Positions 28,500-43,120 are shown, counted from the first letter of the stretch. The stretch is 64,000 nt of DNA from Squalus acanthias (GCA_030390025.1 CM059440.1:1488001-1552000), one strand, 5' to 3'. Numbers and translations: made by a program. The notes: a model not told the origin generated them from the sequence alone.

Positions 28500-29900
28500 A
28501 AGAACATAATAATTAGGAGCAGGAGTAGACCATTTGGCCCCTCGAGCCTGCTCCGCCATTCAATGAGATCATGGCTGATCTTCTACCTCAACTCCACTTT
28601 CCTGCACTATCCCCATATCCCTTGATTCCTTTAATATTCAAAAATCTATCTATCTCTGTCTTGAATATACTCAACGACTGAGCCTCCACAGCCCTCTGGG
28701 GTAGAGAATTCCAAAGATTCATCACCCTCTGAGTGAAGAAATTTCTCCTCATCTCAGTCCTAAGTAGCCAATCCCTTATTCTGAGACTGTGACCCCTGGT
28801 TGAAGACGCCCCAGCCAGGGGAAACATCCTCCCTGCATCTACTCTGTCAAGCCCTGTAAGAATTTTGTATGTTTCAAAGAGATCACCTCTCATTCTTCTA
28901 AACTCTAGAGAATATAGGCCTAGTCTACTCAATCTGTCCTCAGAGGACAATCCCCCCATCCCAGGAATCAGCCTGGTGAATCTTTGTTGCACTCCCTCCA
29001 TTGCAAGTATATCCTTCCTTAGGTAAGGAGACCAAAACTGTACACAATACTCCAGGTGTGGTCTCACCAGGGCCCTATATAATTGCAGTTAGATGTCTTT
29101 ACTCTTATATTCAAATCCTCTTGAAATAAAGGCCAACATACCATTTGTTTTCCTAATTGCTTGCTGAACCTGCATGTTAACTTTCAATGATTCGTGTACA
29201 ATGACACCCAGGTCCCTCTGAACACCAACATTTCCCAATCTCTCATCATTTAAAAAAAATAATATGCTTTTTTATTTTTCCTACCAAAGTGGATAACTTC
29301 ACATTTCTCCACATTATATTCCATTTGCCATGTTCTTGCCCACTCACGTAGCCTGTCTATATCCCCTTGATGCCTCACTGCAACCTCCTCACAACTTACA
29401 TGCCCACCCTGCTTTCGATCATCAACAAACTTGGATAGGTTACATGTGGTCCCGTCATCCAAATCATTGATGTATATTGTGAATAGCTGAGGCCCAAGCG
29501 CTGATTCTTGTGGTACTTTCAAAAATGACCCGTTTATTCCTAATCTCAATTTTCTGTCCATTAACCAATCTTCAATCCATGCGAGTATATACCTTGAGCC
29601 CTAATTTTGTTCAATAATCTCTTGTGTGGCACCTCATCGAATACCTTCTGAAATTCCCAATACACCACATCCACTGGTTCCCCCTTATCTATTCTACTAG
29701 TTACAACCTCAAAAACTCTAACAGCTTCGTCAAACATGATTTCCCTTTCATAAATCCGTGATGACTCTGCCCAATCCTATTATTACTTTCTAAGTGCCCT
29801 GTTACTACGTCCTTAATAATAGATTCTAGCATTTTCCCTACTACTGATGTCAGGCTAACTGGTCTGTAGTTCCCCATTTTCTCTCTTCCTCCTTTCTTAA
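28500..29900 (-). mobile_element. CR1 LINE fragment, duplicate of 16080-17480
   Basis: Same peptides and flanks. Confidence 0.92.
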
Positions 29901-32588
29901 AAGTGAAAATTATTACGCCCAGTGCTTTGTAAATTGTGAGCCTTTCTCCAATAATTAATTAAATGAGGGCCCCATCTGTGGAATACCAGACACTCTCCCT
30001 TCCCTCCTCATCACCACCACCATTTTCCAGCATCTTAATGTTTCCTTTACCGAAACTCTTGAATGTAAAGTGTATCTTTACAGAGTGAGTACAGAACAAT
30101 AATTTACACAGATATACCCCACATCCCAGGATTGCTGAACATTCTCCCAATCAGCTTTGGGAGCTGTGAAGTACTGATGGGGTCTGCTCTTTTGCAACAT
30201 ACAAAATGTAACAACAACTATGTAAAAGCTTACCTTTTTGTTTAAATCTCATTTTATAAAACAGTGAGTGTGGTGAGTGGAAAATAGCTAGAGAGCTTTA
30301 CTGCTTCCTGTCAAATCATCTGACTAACTTGGCTTTGTATTACAGAATGGGCTAAGTTCAAGAGATCACACTGACTCCCACATTTGGCATGTATGGTGTA
30401 TTTACAAGTTTAACATTGGTGTAAAACAGTTTCTGACTTTGCACAGGTGCTAAACTTGTGTAATGTAAATCAGCTGTGAAGGCCTGAGCTAACTCCAAAG
30501 CAAAGCCATAAAATCCGAGCAAGATGTTCTTTCATGCCACGCAATTTAGCTAATTTCCAGCCCTTTATCTTTACTATGCCTTTATCTTGAACTCTTCTTT
30601 ATTTATTTTCAACATGAGCCTCAAATGTTTCAAATGTTCTCCTATCTTCAAGTTACTTACTTGCTCTGCTTTGACATCCAGAATTAGATCATATACATGC
30701 TTTTCCTGTGTCTTTGTGAGCATTAGGTCAAGTTTTCTGCCCCCACGACAACAACTTCCCCTTTAATGGATCTGCGGCAGATGCACCAAAACTGAGGGGA
30801 ACTATTTGAGCTGAAGACCATCCGTCAGTAATAACACAGGTGCAATCTGCATAAAGCTGGGCCACCAACAGGGTCAGTACAGTTACCCATCTCCTTCAGA
30901 TCTGGCTACACATAATGTAAAGGCTTATTGGTATCAGGAGGTGGGAAAAGGTAAATATGCTCCTCACTTATGCACATATTTCTTATGGTCCACACCAAGC
31001 ATAACACAAATCTAAGTTGGGAACTTCTGCAATTTCTAGGAGACACCATTTCAAGCATTGTACACAGCTTTGCAATCTTTATTGTGCCAGAAAAGCATGG
31101 GACACTTTGTGGCAGATGAAAATGACAGCCGAGGAAGACCAAACAGATGCTCCAGATTCCGGCGAAGCCCTTCTGCTGTCAGGTGGTTTCTCAGTAGAGT
31201 CCGCAGCATTTATAAAAATATATAATTCGCTTCCGGATATCACTGGGTTTGGAGAAATTCAGTCGGCTATTTTCCATTTGAGGAACGAACACTCAATTAG
31301 ATCAAGTTCAATTTTGGTCTTTCTGTCAGTGGATAGAGTTTTGTCCAAAATATATACCAACTACCTAAAAGATAGTGACCACAGACATCCAAATGCACTG
31401 TCATTTCAATTTCCAATGAGTATCGAATTGTTAAGAGCACGAATTATTATTTTAAAATAAGCCAAAGAGGTAGAAGAAGGGGTCAAAAACGCTATTAATG
31501 AAAAGAATATTTAAACAGTTAACAGGAAAACATTTTTACTTCATCAACGTTCCTTATAAGCTAGCAGGAAGGAGATACTGGCAAAGACAGTGGAGAGATT
31601 CAAAGTATAGTGCGACACCTTGACACCACATTGAATGTTTAGGAATGGGCTTCTATGGAAATTGCCTTTTCCTCATCTCTGTCTTTTCTGGCCCTCTATA
31701 TCCCTCTGGGACGGCAGCCATCGAATGCTGAGCAGCGTTTCTGCTGCGAGATACCTTGTCGCTAAATCACCAACTTGGCAATTTCCATTAATTTTATTAC
31801 AGTGGTTATACAATTGAACTCATGCTTGAGTTGGAGTGAAAATACTGAATGCTTTCGTTCACAATTTCCCTCTCACACATACACTTACTGAATATTCAAA
31901 TCGCCCTCAGCATATTGGGCCTGGTGCCATTTGTCAGAGAGGTTTGGATTGATTGGTCAGGTGAAGATTCTGAGGAGCGGCCTGGGTGGTCCGGCAGTAG
32001 CGCGTTGGAATCCCGCGAGTAATTCCAAATAATGATCTTCATTGGGCTCCTCAGCTGATCACCTGAACACACTGCGGCGGAAAGTATCGAGGAAGTGATT
32101 TACCCAGGCTGCTGTTAATAAACTCACTTCTGATGCGGCTACAGATGTTTAAACTCTAACTTTTCTTCCTAAAAAGTCCAGTTAGCGGACGGCCTTCGAC
32201 TGACCGGGTGTTGGACATTTGTAATGATCCGTTATTACACTGTATTACACAGACAAGCTCTGCTAAAGCTCCTAGTTATACAGGAAACGCTCCTCTAATA
32301 GCAGGCTCGTCATCTTCTTCAGTTCTCTTTGAGTTGGCTGGTTTAGATGATACGAACATTTATACCTCGCAGCTAATACAAAAACAAAAGAGCCCATTAA
32401 AGTTACAATTCCGGATTGGGTTTGGTTGAAGAAAGCAGAGTGGCCAGTGTTATTTACCTTGTACATTAAACGAGCTGAAGAGTGAGAGGAGTTTGTCAGT
32501 CTGACCGCAGGGTTCGAACGGAACCTCCTTGGCGGAGTGCTGCCGTGTATAAAGGAGCGCTCACTGTCCCAGCCTCACCCTGTCTGAA

Positions 32589-33106
32589 ATGATGCTGCCG
32601 AGTCAATTCATTGTCCTCATCTTTCTGTCATGGGCACGTGAGTATTGTAGCAGGGCATCGGTGTTTAACACAACGCTCGATTGTAGATTACAGTTTATTT
32701 AAGAAATTACTCTCCATTGACTGTGAGGAAATAGTTCGGTTTATAATAAAACTTTTTAACGGGACAGAATTTCACTAACTCATTGAATGTTTTCATCACT
32801 CAGGCGCCGCTCCTGACAATATTGTCACACAATCTCCTTCTGCCACAATGTTTGTGGGACAGGCTGTGGAAATAAACTGCACACAGACCGCTTCCTGGGA
32901 TTACATTTACTGGTACAAGCAGAGTCCAGGAGAAAGCTTGAATTTCATCTTGTATTCTCAACAAGCATATGGAGCACAGAAGCAGATGACTTCGGACATT
33001 CCCGCAAGGTTCAGTGTTTCTCGGCCAGAGATGCGTAACTGCAGCCTGATTTTAACCTCGCTCCGCCTGGGCGACAGCGCCGTGTATTTCTGCGCTGCTA
33101 GTTTAG
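32589..33106 (+). CDS. V gene 5, family A (leader 32589-32637, V exon 32804-33106), intact; RSS 33107-33144
   Basis: Paralog of V1; open frame, splice sites and RSS intact. Confidence 0.93.
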
Positions 33107-33277
33107 CACAGCGGTGCAAACAGGCGAGTATTCACACAAAATCCCAACAGAGCGCAGAGCTCCGCCTCAACACACCCTTCTTTAGTCGTGTTATTGTTCA
33201 GATGTTTATGGCTATAATTTCTAAATTCAGAAAGATTTTTCATAATTGGTGAATGTAATTCAGTGATCAGACATCAA

Positions 33278-36200
33278 GGGCTCGATTTTGCCAGGCCCGA
33301 GGATGCGGGATTGGAAGCATGTGAGGTGATAAAATCGCAAAAATGAATGGCGGGTGGGCCCGATCCCTCTTCCATCTCGCCTCTGAGCAATTTTCCCAAA
33401 TGCGTGTTTTCTGACCCCATTTCTATTCTGCCTCCAAGAGGCGGGATAGGCCCTTAAGGCCCTTAACAACCAGTTAAGTGCCTCTATAATCCCATTTTGA
33501 GAGGCCTTTCAAATTTTACCACTTTTCCCACATCCTGCACGTCTCCTCTGGAACACGCCAGTGAATCCTGGCAGCCTCACAAGTGAATTGCTTACTAACA
33601 GCTGCAGCTCCACCATTAAAAAGGAGTTTTCAGCAATCATTTGCAGGTGGCAGAACTTTGTTGTCTCAGGTCTGGGGGAACTTTGGGGAGACCAAACGCA
33701 GATTGGGTGCCCGCTTTGCGGAACACCTCCATTCAGTCAGCAAGGGGGACCCCGAGCTCCCGGTGGCCTGTCACTTTAATTCTCCGCTCCACTCCCACTC
33801 TGACCTCACCGTCCTCGGACTATTACACTGTTCCACGGAAGCTCAGTGTAAGCTCGAGGAACAGCACCACATCTTTCGTTTAGGCACCCTACAGCCCTCT
33901 GGACTCAACATTGAGTTGAACAATTTTAGATCAAAACCTCGGCCCCTATCACATTTATATTTTATTTTTTCATCCACCCTTTTGTTTGGCCCCCCCCTTT
34001 TTTTCCCTCCCAGAAGCTGGCAGCTGTCCTTCATTCTGCCAGTGCATTTCACACTTCATTTAGCCTCAACCTGTCACATTAACACCTCCTCTTGCCTTGA
34101 TTATCTCTTAATGTCTCTCAATGTCTCTTAATCTCTCCTTTTGTTCTATCATCCCCTTCCCCTTTTCCCAGCTTTATACTTGCTTTAAATCTATTTCATT
34201 TCCTGCTTTTTTCCAGTTCTGATGAAAGGTCTTCGACCTGAAATGTTAACTCTGTTTCTCTCTCCACGGATGCTGCCTGACCTGCTGAGTTTTTCCAGCG
34301 TTTTCTGTTGTTATTTTGGATTTCCAGCATCCGCAGTATTTTGCTATCGTTTTAGCAGGCCTACTCATTGTTGTGGAAGTTTGGAGCCTGACACCCATCT
34401 CCAGTGTGACCTCCTGGGAAACCCCTCTCGCCACCTTTAATGAGCGCTTCCTCAACTGAGGCATATACCAGAAGCATGGGAACCATTTATTTCCTTTCCT
34501 CCTGGACATCAGATTCGGACGAAGACCAGCTGTGGCAGCAGCAGAACCATGAACAACAGCACCACCAACAGCAGCAGCAACAACAGGAGCGCCAAGCTGC
34601 TGCTCACCCACCTGAAGCTGCACAGGCCAGAAGGCGCCAGCGTGCGACCACATTGCTGCCCTAGATGCAAGGGATGCACTCATCTTGGCCAGATTTGCTT
34701 AGCCTGCACAATCAAACACTTTTGCCTCGCACCTTCTTATCAGACCATCAACAATGGCCAAGAACCTGCGGATTCCTATCACTCTGACCACCATACTGGC
34801 AATTGCAAGTCGCCCTAAGCCCTCAATGTGGAAGTCCCATTAGCGAAATGACACACGCCACAACTGCAACAGTTTGCCATCAGAATTTTTTATGACAATA
34901 AGCAACTGATGGCTTTTCAAAATTAAACACAATATTACACCCAAGTGACTATGGTAGCCATCCTTACCATGGAGGTAGCTATCCTTTCCGAGGAGGTTGC
35001 CATCCTTTCCGTGGTGATGCGTTCTTGCTCCAACACCTCCACAAAGGCTCTGCTCATGTTAGCGATGGACTCCTCCATTCGCTCCACACTCGCAACGACC
35101 CTGGAGACAAACCCTGCCAGAGACTCCTGCACCTGTTCCTGGAGTTCCAGCACCGCTCTCCTTCTGGATGGACCCGGAGGCACAGGGTCGACATGCAGCG
35201 GAGCTGAGCTGGGAGCGTCCTCTCCACTGCGATGAGGACTCTCCACTGCTGTCCCTGTCTCCACCATCTGCTGACGCTCACTTGTGAGCTGTGATACACC
35301 AGGTTACAACTCTACTCTATGTCCCGAAGGTCCCACCAAGGTGTGAGTGTCTGTGCTGGTGCAGGGTGCACTTAATTCTGCTGACGGAGCACCCTCAGAG
35401 GTTGTAGCTTCCTCTGAGGAGTCTGGAAGCTAAGGCTCTTCCCCCTGGACAGTGGGGATGGGGGCTCTCAATGGTCCTGTGGGGGAGCAAAGGAAAGAGT
35501 TAGAGATGTGAGGTAAAGGTTGCATGCACATTGAATTGTGCAGATGACCATAAGTCAATCTGTTAGAGCATCAGAATCATTATCAGTCACTCATGCAATG
35601 TCAATGAGTGAGATGCTAAACTATTCTGTCACTAGCTTGCTGTGATGCGCCCGCCTGTCCGTCCCCCACTTGGGAATCCTCCTCGATCCCGGCAATTTCA
35701 AGGGCCGCCTCCTCTGAGGTGGTGAGCTGGGCTACTGAGGGTGGCCCTCCTCCTGTCCTTGCTCTTTCCCTCTTATTGTGGGCTCTCTTTTCCTGCAATG
35801 AGGGACACAAGTGGAGTTTGAGTGAGAATGAAGGAGTGAGTGTAGAGAATCCGTAGCATAGATGCTTAGAAGGAGACAAAGGGCCTCCCTGTGTGTTGTA
35901 AGTTGTTGTCATTGCATCACAGTGATAGGGAGTGTGAGGGCTGCATGGTCGAATATTTAAGTGAATGTGACCATAGAGAGAGAGGGAATGGGTAAGGGTG
36001 CAGGGATGTCAGTGTCAAGTGGGATGTGGAGGAAGAGGTTGGTAAAGCAGAGTGCTGGTGAGGAGAGGTGATGGGGATGAGATTGAGGGTGATGAGAAAG
36101 TCATACTCACTTTTCCTGTGTGGAGAAAGTCATGAAACCTCTTCCTGCACTGCAGCCAGATTCTGCAGCACATAGAAATGGCATTGACCTCCTGGGCCAC

Positions 36201-36630
36201 TTGCAGCCACACAGCTTTAGTCTGTTGTGGTGGCTTTTTTCTCCCTGAGGAAGGGAAGAGCACCTCCTTATTGGATCTTGCTCCCTGCACCAGAGCTTGG
36301 AGGGAGGGCTCATCAAAGCGAGGTGCACACTTTTGCTTGCTGGTGGACATGGTCGGTAACTGAAGTGCTTCATACAATGTCCAAAGCGTTTCCAGTCTCC
36401 AGAAGAAGCAAGGATGCTTGCAGGCCTTAAATCCAGCAGCACTGATGACGTCTTCGGAGGCGACTTTCAGGGTGGAAAGACTGATTGGGCCAGGGGTTCC
36501 CACACGCTGGAAATCAAGTGCCCGATTAGGGGGAAATCGCACTTTTTTCCCACTTCACATAGGAGTCGGGGTCCTGACACGAAATCCACCTGACACGCCC
36601 CAGCCCGACCCCAATGGCAAAATCGAGCCC
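33278..36630 (-). mobile_element. PIF/Harbinger-type DNA transposon with spliced Myb/SANT-like ORF
   Basis: Perfect 16-bp TIR GGGCTCGATTTTGCCA; 3-bp TSD CAA confirmed by the empty site near 9256; peptide APRF...W..VA..V...R.W.QCRKRF.D. Confidence 0.9.
33684..34350 (+). mobile_element. Penelope-like element 3' fragment (GIY-YIG tail) nested in the Harbinger element
   Basis: GETKRRLGARFAEHL...PVACHFN...LGTLQPSGLN; absent from the sister Harbinger copy. Confidence 0.85.
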
Positions 36631-39054
36631 CAAACATCCAATAAGGACTTCCTGAAAGTCACACACTAAACTAAAAAAGGAACAAAAACAGAAAATGCTG
36701 CAAACACTCAGCAGGTCAGTCAGCATCTGTGGCGAACAGGTGAGTTATTTTCTCAGCAACCTAGCGGAGCCCAGCAAGTTCCTTCCTCACCGGCTCCCAG
36801 GTTCACACTGTCAGGTGAGACAGCATTATCTTACTCTGCTTCCTCCACCTTGAGCATTATCTTACTCTGTTCCAAAAGATCCCCCTTCTCTGTAGCTCCT
36901 CCAGAGTAACATCTTGGACTGCTGTTGTCCTGCCTCTGCACCTTGCTTCAAATATTATTCAGATTAAGAGCCAGTTTCTCTTTAATGGCCACCTTTTAAG
37001 AGCTACAGGCACGGATATTCCACCCTGACCCCTGCGCTGCCCCAACATGTCATGCCCTGGGAGGGCTGAGAATGTATTTACATTTTACAGCACCAGGTCA
37101 GCAATAAGCGCTACAGATGCTCGCAATGTGCACGGAGCAATGGCCCCAGTGCCTCTCCATCAAGACCACATGATTTGCCCCACTATCACTTTCATGTCAA
37201 TCAGCAGCAGTTTTGGATGTGCGCTGATGCCAAAATGGCACTATTCAAATCCCAGTTTCACACAACAATAGCATAGCCCACCCCCCCTGGTACAGGTGTC
37301 GAAAGGGGCCAACATTCTCGATGCTGTTCATGTGATGAGAGAAATACCGGCACCAAACCAAGTAATCCTCAGCTTCTAACGCAACAGCAACGAGAAAATC
37401 AGCAACAGTTACCTTAGCTCCAGGAATCCCTCCAATAACTTTTCTCTCATCATAACCCTCGTAAATCCATCTATTTCACTGGGTGGAATTTGACGGGTTT
37501 TCCGCCCATTTCCTTCGTTCTTGCTCGCGATTTCTTGTTGGTTTCATCTAAGCATATCAGCGACTTTACCTACATCATACATTCCTACATCTGTGTTATG
37601 GTTGCCTTAGAGTTGTGGCACTTTGCACAATTCTGCAGCACAGATAGGAATCGCCAAGGCAAGAGGAAATAAACCACACTGTGCAACTCTGCGCTCGAAC
37701 ACAAGTGCAGAATATACAGTGCCTGACATCAAATGATTGTGTCATGTGACCAGTTACAGTGTTAATGCAGCTGCCTCACACTCACCAAATCAATCAATCC
37801 TGCAAACAGTAATCTCGCTTATCATTATTAAAACAACCTTCAAGGGGGAAACGGAAAATGAACAGAGGAAGAAAATTCAACCACACAATTCCAAAAGCAA
37901 AATAATGTGGATGCTGGAAATCTGAACTAAAAACAGAAAATGCTGGAAATACTCAGCAGGTCAGGCAGCATCTATAGAGAGAGTAACAGAGTTAACGTTT
38001 CAGCACCTTCAACCAAAGTCTGCCTGTGCCATTTGTGTGCAGGATGCAAGTCTGCACTCAATTGCTAAACATGCGCAGAATATTTTCACTTTCCAGCAAA
38101 AAATCATCTGTGCTGAACAGATCATTTTTGCTGCTGTTATGTCAGGAGATCAATGTTGTATTTTGTTGGCAAAAACGCTTTTAAGGATGATCCCAAATTA
38201 TTTTTGCTTTGTGAAACGTTATTAAACTTTATATACTCATAATATAATCTGTGTATTTTTGAGTGGTTTGTTTTTCCCAAACAACATTTTAATATAAAGC
38301 AAGCATTATAAGCAAACAAAGTAACATTGGGGGTGGTCAACCGGGATGGACATTGGCAGACACACTCTGAAAGGGTTTAGTGTGAAAATAGGGGATTCAT
38401 ATAATCCCTCAGCAAAATTACAGCTGGCTGGTTTGGTCCTGCAGCACATTGTATGGCAATCACTGTGACTACAGAGTAGTAAGTCCATAGTTCCCCATCC
38501 AGCAATCTCCTGCTCTTAACTGAACCATCAGTTGAGGCACTGAGTGGGGTGAGCCACTTCCTCAGTGGGAATCAATTACAACCTGGAAGTGGGCTGCAGT
38601 CAGAGTCACAAACAATAGGTGGACAGAGGTCCCGCCACACCACAATTCCCCCGACAGAGCAGGACCAGACAAAATGTGGTACCTGACCTAAATGGTCTCT
38701 GAACATTTAAATGTCTCTCTGTTGGAAGGGAGCTCTTTCCATGTGTGTATTAAGGCATGCACTGAGGTCACTCCGACACATGGCACTCTCAGACTGGTAG
38801 CTACAGTATAAACGCACCATTAATTGGACAAGTTGCGTCTTAGAACCTTCATTGACTTGAGACACTTACATTCCAATTACACTACACCATTTGGAGCAGT
38901 TTTATTCACAATTTTCATAAAACCAGCCTCAAACCTGTTCTGTGGTGGGTCCAATGTTTTCATTAAATCCTTGGTAATGCCTCTCCACCGTCATCCAGCT
39001 GGGTGGGACTGCACTCGCCTGGTTCCATTCTTATCTATCTAATCGTAGCCAGAG

Positions 39055-39880
39055 AATCACCTGCAATGGCTTCTCTTCCCGCTCCTACATCATCACCTCT
39101 GATGTCCCCCAAGGATCTATCCTTGGCCCCCTCCTATTTCTGATCTACATGTTGCCCCTTGGCGACATCATTCGAAAACACAGCGTCAGTTTCCACATGA
39201 ATAACAAAGACCGCCTACTTCCACCTCCGTAACATCGCCCATCTCCGCCCTTGCCTCAGCACATCCACTGCTGAAACCCTCATCCATGCTTTTGTTACCT
39301 CGAGACTTGACTATTCCAACACAATCCTGGCCGACCTCCCACATTCCACCCTACATAAACTTCAGGTCATCCAAAACTCGGCTGCCCATGTTCATACTCG
39401 CACCAAGCCCCGTTCGCCCAGCTCCCCTGTGCTCGTTGACCTACATTGGCTCCCAGTTAAGCAATGCCTCAATTTCAAAATTCTCATCCTTGTTTTCAAG
39501 TCCGTCCATGGCCTCGCCCCTCCCTACCTCTGTAATCTCCTCAGCCCCACAACCCCCCGAGATATCTACGCTCCTCTAATTTAGCCCTCTTTTGCATCCA
39601 TGATTATAATCGCTCAACCTTTGGTGGCCGGGCCTTCTGTTGCCTAGGCCCTAAGCTCTGGAATTCCCTCCCTAAACCTCTCCGCCTCGCTACCACTCTT
39701 TCCTCCTTTAAGACGCTCCTTAAAACCTACCTCTTTGTCTAAGCTTTTGGTCACCTGCCCTAATTTATCGTTATGTGGCTCGGTGTCAAATTTTTTGTCT
39801 TACAATATTCCTGTGCAGCACCTTAGGATGTTTTACTACATTAAAGGAGCTATATACATACATGTTGTTGTTGTTGTTGT
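39055..39880 (+). mobile_element. L2-type LINE 3' fragment
   Basis: Degenerate VPQGSILGPLLF and ETLIHAFVTSRLDY segments; (TGT)n tail. Confidence 0.85.
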
Positions 39881-42604
39881 TTAGGTGACTTCAGAAGAGT
39901 GACATAAAACAGACATACTGATAATTGAAACAAAGGATGAATATTTCAGTTAAAAAAAATATTTTGACAATAATCCAAGACAAGATACATTTTCTTAGAA
40001 ATGCCTAAAATCCTTGTGGTGAGCAAAGATCTTTACATCATTTCAGCAGAAAGTTTATTATTTAAACATGGATCCATTGAGAGGCAGTAAGTGGATCTCC
40101 AGGTCCATTCAAAGCTGATGAGAGCAAACACAGTTACATGGCTGAGCTCAGAGGATTCACTGGCACAGAATCAGATCCCAACACCGGTACACAGCGGGCA
40201 TTATTAGTATAACAGCAGCAAACCAAGCAAAACTGAGGCCATAGCTACACTTGGCCTGCTGTCAGAACTCAAACTCCTGAGACCTATTGAATAATATCCC
40301 CTCAATTGCACCAAATCACGTTATACTGCGTTGCACACAGTAAGGCAATTGGGATTTCGAAAACTCAGAGCAATGCACATGCCCAGGCATCTCTAATTTA
40401 GTGATGTGTCACTCACATTTCTGAGTATTAAAAACCCGGCCACTCTCTCTCCTTTATGTGTGTTGTGTGTTCTATGCTCACTCCCTGTTAATGAATGGGG
40501 AATTATTCAGTACTCCAACAGTGGGTCTAGCATAGGAACATAGGGAACATAGGAACACTTGAACGGAAAGTGTCTCTTTGCAGAGCAAGTATAGAATAAT
40601 AATTCACACAGATACCCTCCACATCCCAGGATTGCTGAACATTCTCCCACTCACCTTTGGGTGCTGTGAAGTACTGATGGGGTCTGCTCTTTCACAACTT
40701 ACAAAATGTAACAACAACTATGTAAAAGCTTACCTTTTATTTAGTTGAAACCTCATGTTATGAAACCGTGAGTGTGGTGAGTGGGAGATAGCTAAACAGC
40801 TTTACTGTTTCCTGTCAAATCATCTGACTTTCTTGGCTTTGTATTACATCAACAACAACAACAACTTGCATTTATATAGCACCTTTAACATAGTAAAACA
40901 TCCCAAGACACTTAGAATGGGCTAAGTTGAAGAGACCACGCTGACTCCCACATTTGACATCTATGGTGTATTTACACAAGTTTAACATTGGTGTAAACCA
41001 GGTTCTGACTTTGCACAGTTGTGAAACTTGTGTAATGTAATCAGCTGTGAAGGCCTGAGCTAACTCCAAAGCAAAGCCAATAAATCCGAGCTAGATCTCC
41101 TTTCATGCCACTCAATTTAGCTCATTTCCAGCCCTGTATCTTGAACGCTTCCGTTCTTTATCTATTTTCAACCTCAACCTAATTAGTTCGTGGCCATTAT
41201 TTCCCAAAGTTTCTCTTAGCTTCAAGTTACTTACTTGCTCTGATTTGACACCAAGAACTAGATGGTGCACATGTTTCTTCTGTGTCATTGCGAACTTTTG
41301 GTTAACTTTGCTGCCATCAAAAAGATAAGGGAATCTCTCACCTCTACCTGCTCTGGCCTACACGTGGTGGCTCCACTGATTGACTATTAATCTCTTCAGA
41401 GCAATTTGGGATGGGCAATAAATGTTGCATTGCCCACATCTCAGAAACAAATAAAGAGCAAACACAAAGGTCCCGAATGAAAAAGGGATAAAGTATACGG
41501 AAAACCTGGAGAAGATTAAACCCACCAGGTTAAGAAGAAGATGGATAAAGGAGACGGCAGTGAAGTATATTAACTACTATAGACATGGTGAACTCAGTTT
41601 AATATTTTAATGTTAATCAGAAAAGTAGAGGCAGAGGACAAAAACTCAAATAAGTGAAGAGTAAATTTCAACAGTTATCAGGAAAACATTTTACTTGCCA
41701 AATGTGGGAGTCAGCGTGATTTCTTTAACTTAGCCCATTCTAAGTGCCTTCGGATGTTTTACTACGTTAAAGGTGCTATATAAATGCAACTTGTTGTTGT
41801 TGTTGTTGCTTTAATACAAAGCCAAGAAAGTCAGATGATTTGTTAAACATTCCGAATAATCTACAAGGCAGGGTATACAGACAAACACACTGGGGTTATT
41901 CAAAGTACAGTTCGATACCATGAGGCCAGATTGACTGTGGTGCAGGGTGAACTTCCCCGGAGAATTCCCTTATCTTTGACTTTTATTTCTCTCTCTGGGA
42001 CTTTAGCTCCTAACGCTCAGCAATCTGCGAGATCCCCCATTGCTTGTCAGCACCTTGGCATTTACCATTTACTTTATTGCAGCGAATATACAACTGAATT
42101 CAGCCTTGAGTTAGAGTGACAAATGTTTATTGCATCGTTTCCGCTCGCTCTCTCACACTCACTGAATGTCCAAGGCAGTTTCGACCCGAGTGTCTGAGGA
42201 GCCGAAACAGGAGTTCATTCAAAAATAAAAACAGAAAATGCTGGAAATACTCAGCAGGTCAGGCAGCATCTGTGGCGCGAGAAACAGAGTTAACGATTCA
42301 GGTCGATGACCCCTTTTAAAAGCTGCGATCTTCTTCAGTTCTCTTTGAGTTGGCTGGTTTAGATGATACGAACATTTATACCTCGCAGCTAATATTAAAA
42401 CAGAAGAGCCCATTAAAGTTACAATTCCGGATTGGGTTTGGTTGAAGAAAGCAGAGTGGCCAGTGTTATTTACCTTGTACATTAAACGAGCTGAAGAGTG
42501 AGAGGAGTTTGTCAGTCTGACCGCAGGGTTCGAACGGAACCTCCTTGGCGGAGTGCTGCGGTGTATAAAGGAGCGCTCACTGTCCCAGCCTCACCCTGTC
42601 TGAA

Positions 42605-43120
42605 ATGATGCTGCCGAGTCAATTCATTGTCCTCATCTTTCTGTCATGGGCACGTGAGTATTGTAGCAGGGCATCGGTGTTTAACACAACGCTCGATTGT
42701 AGATTACAGTTCATTTAAGAAATTACTCTCCATTGACTGAGGAAATAGTTCGGTTTATAATAAAACTGTTTAAAGGGACAGAATTTCACTAACTCATTGA
42801 ATGTTTTCATCACTCAGGCGCCGCTCCTGACAATATTGTCACACAATCTCCTTCTGCCACAATGTTTGTGGGACAGGCTGTGGAAATAAACTGCACACAG
42901 ACCGCTTCCTGGGATTACATTTACTGGTACAAGCAGAGTCCAGGAGAAAGCTTGAATTTCATCTTGTATTCTCAACGAGGATATGCAGCACAGAAGCAGA
43001 TGACTTCGGACATTCCCGCAAGGTTCAATGTTTCTCGGCCAGAGATTCTTAACTGCAGCCTGATTTTAACCTCGCTCCGCCTGGGCGACAGCGCCGTGTA
43101 TTTCTGCGCTGCTAGTTTAG
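42605..43120 (+). CDS. V gene 6, family A (leader 42605-42653, V exon 42818-43120), intact; RSS 43121-43158
   Basis: Paralog of V1 with a more divergent CDR2/HV4 (SQRGYAAQ, PEILN). Confidence 0.93.

Noticed and set aside
34440-34664. Poly-Q ORF
   Set aside because: Low-complexity stretch inside the Harbinger element, not conserved as poly-Q in the sister copy.
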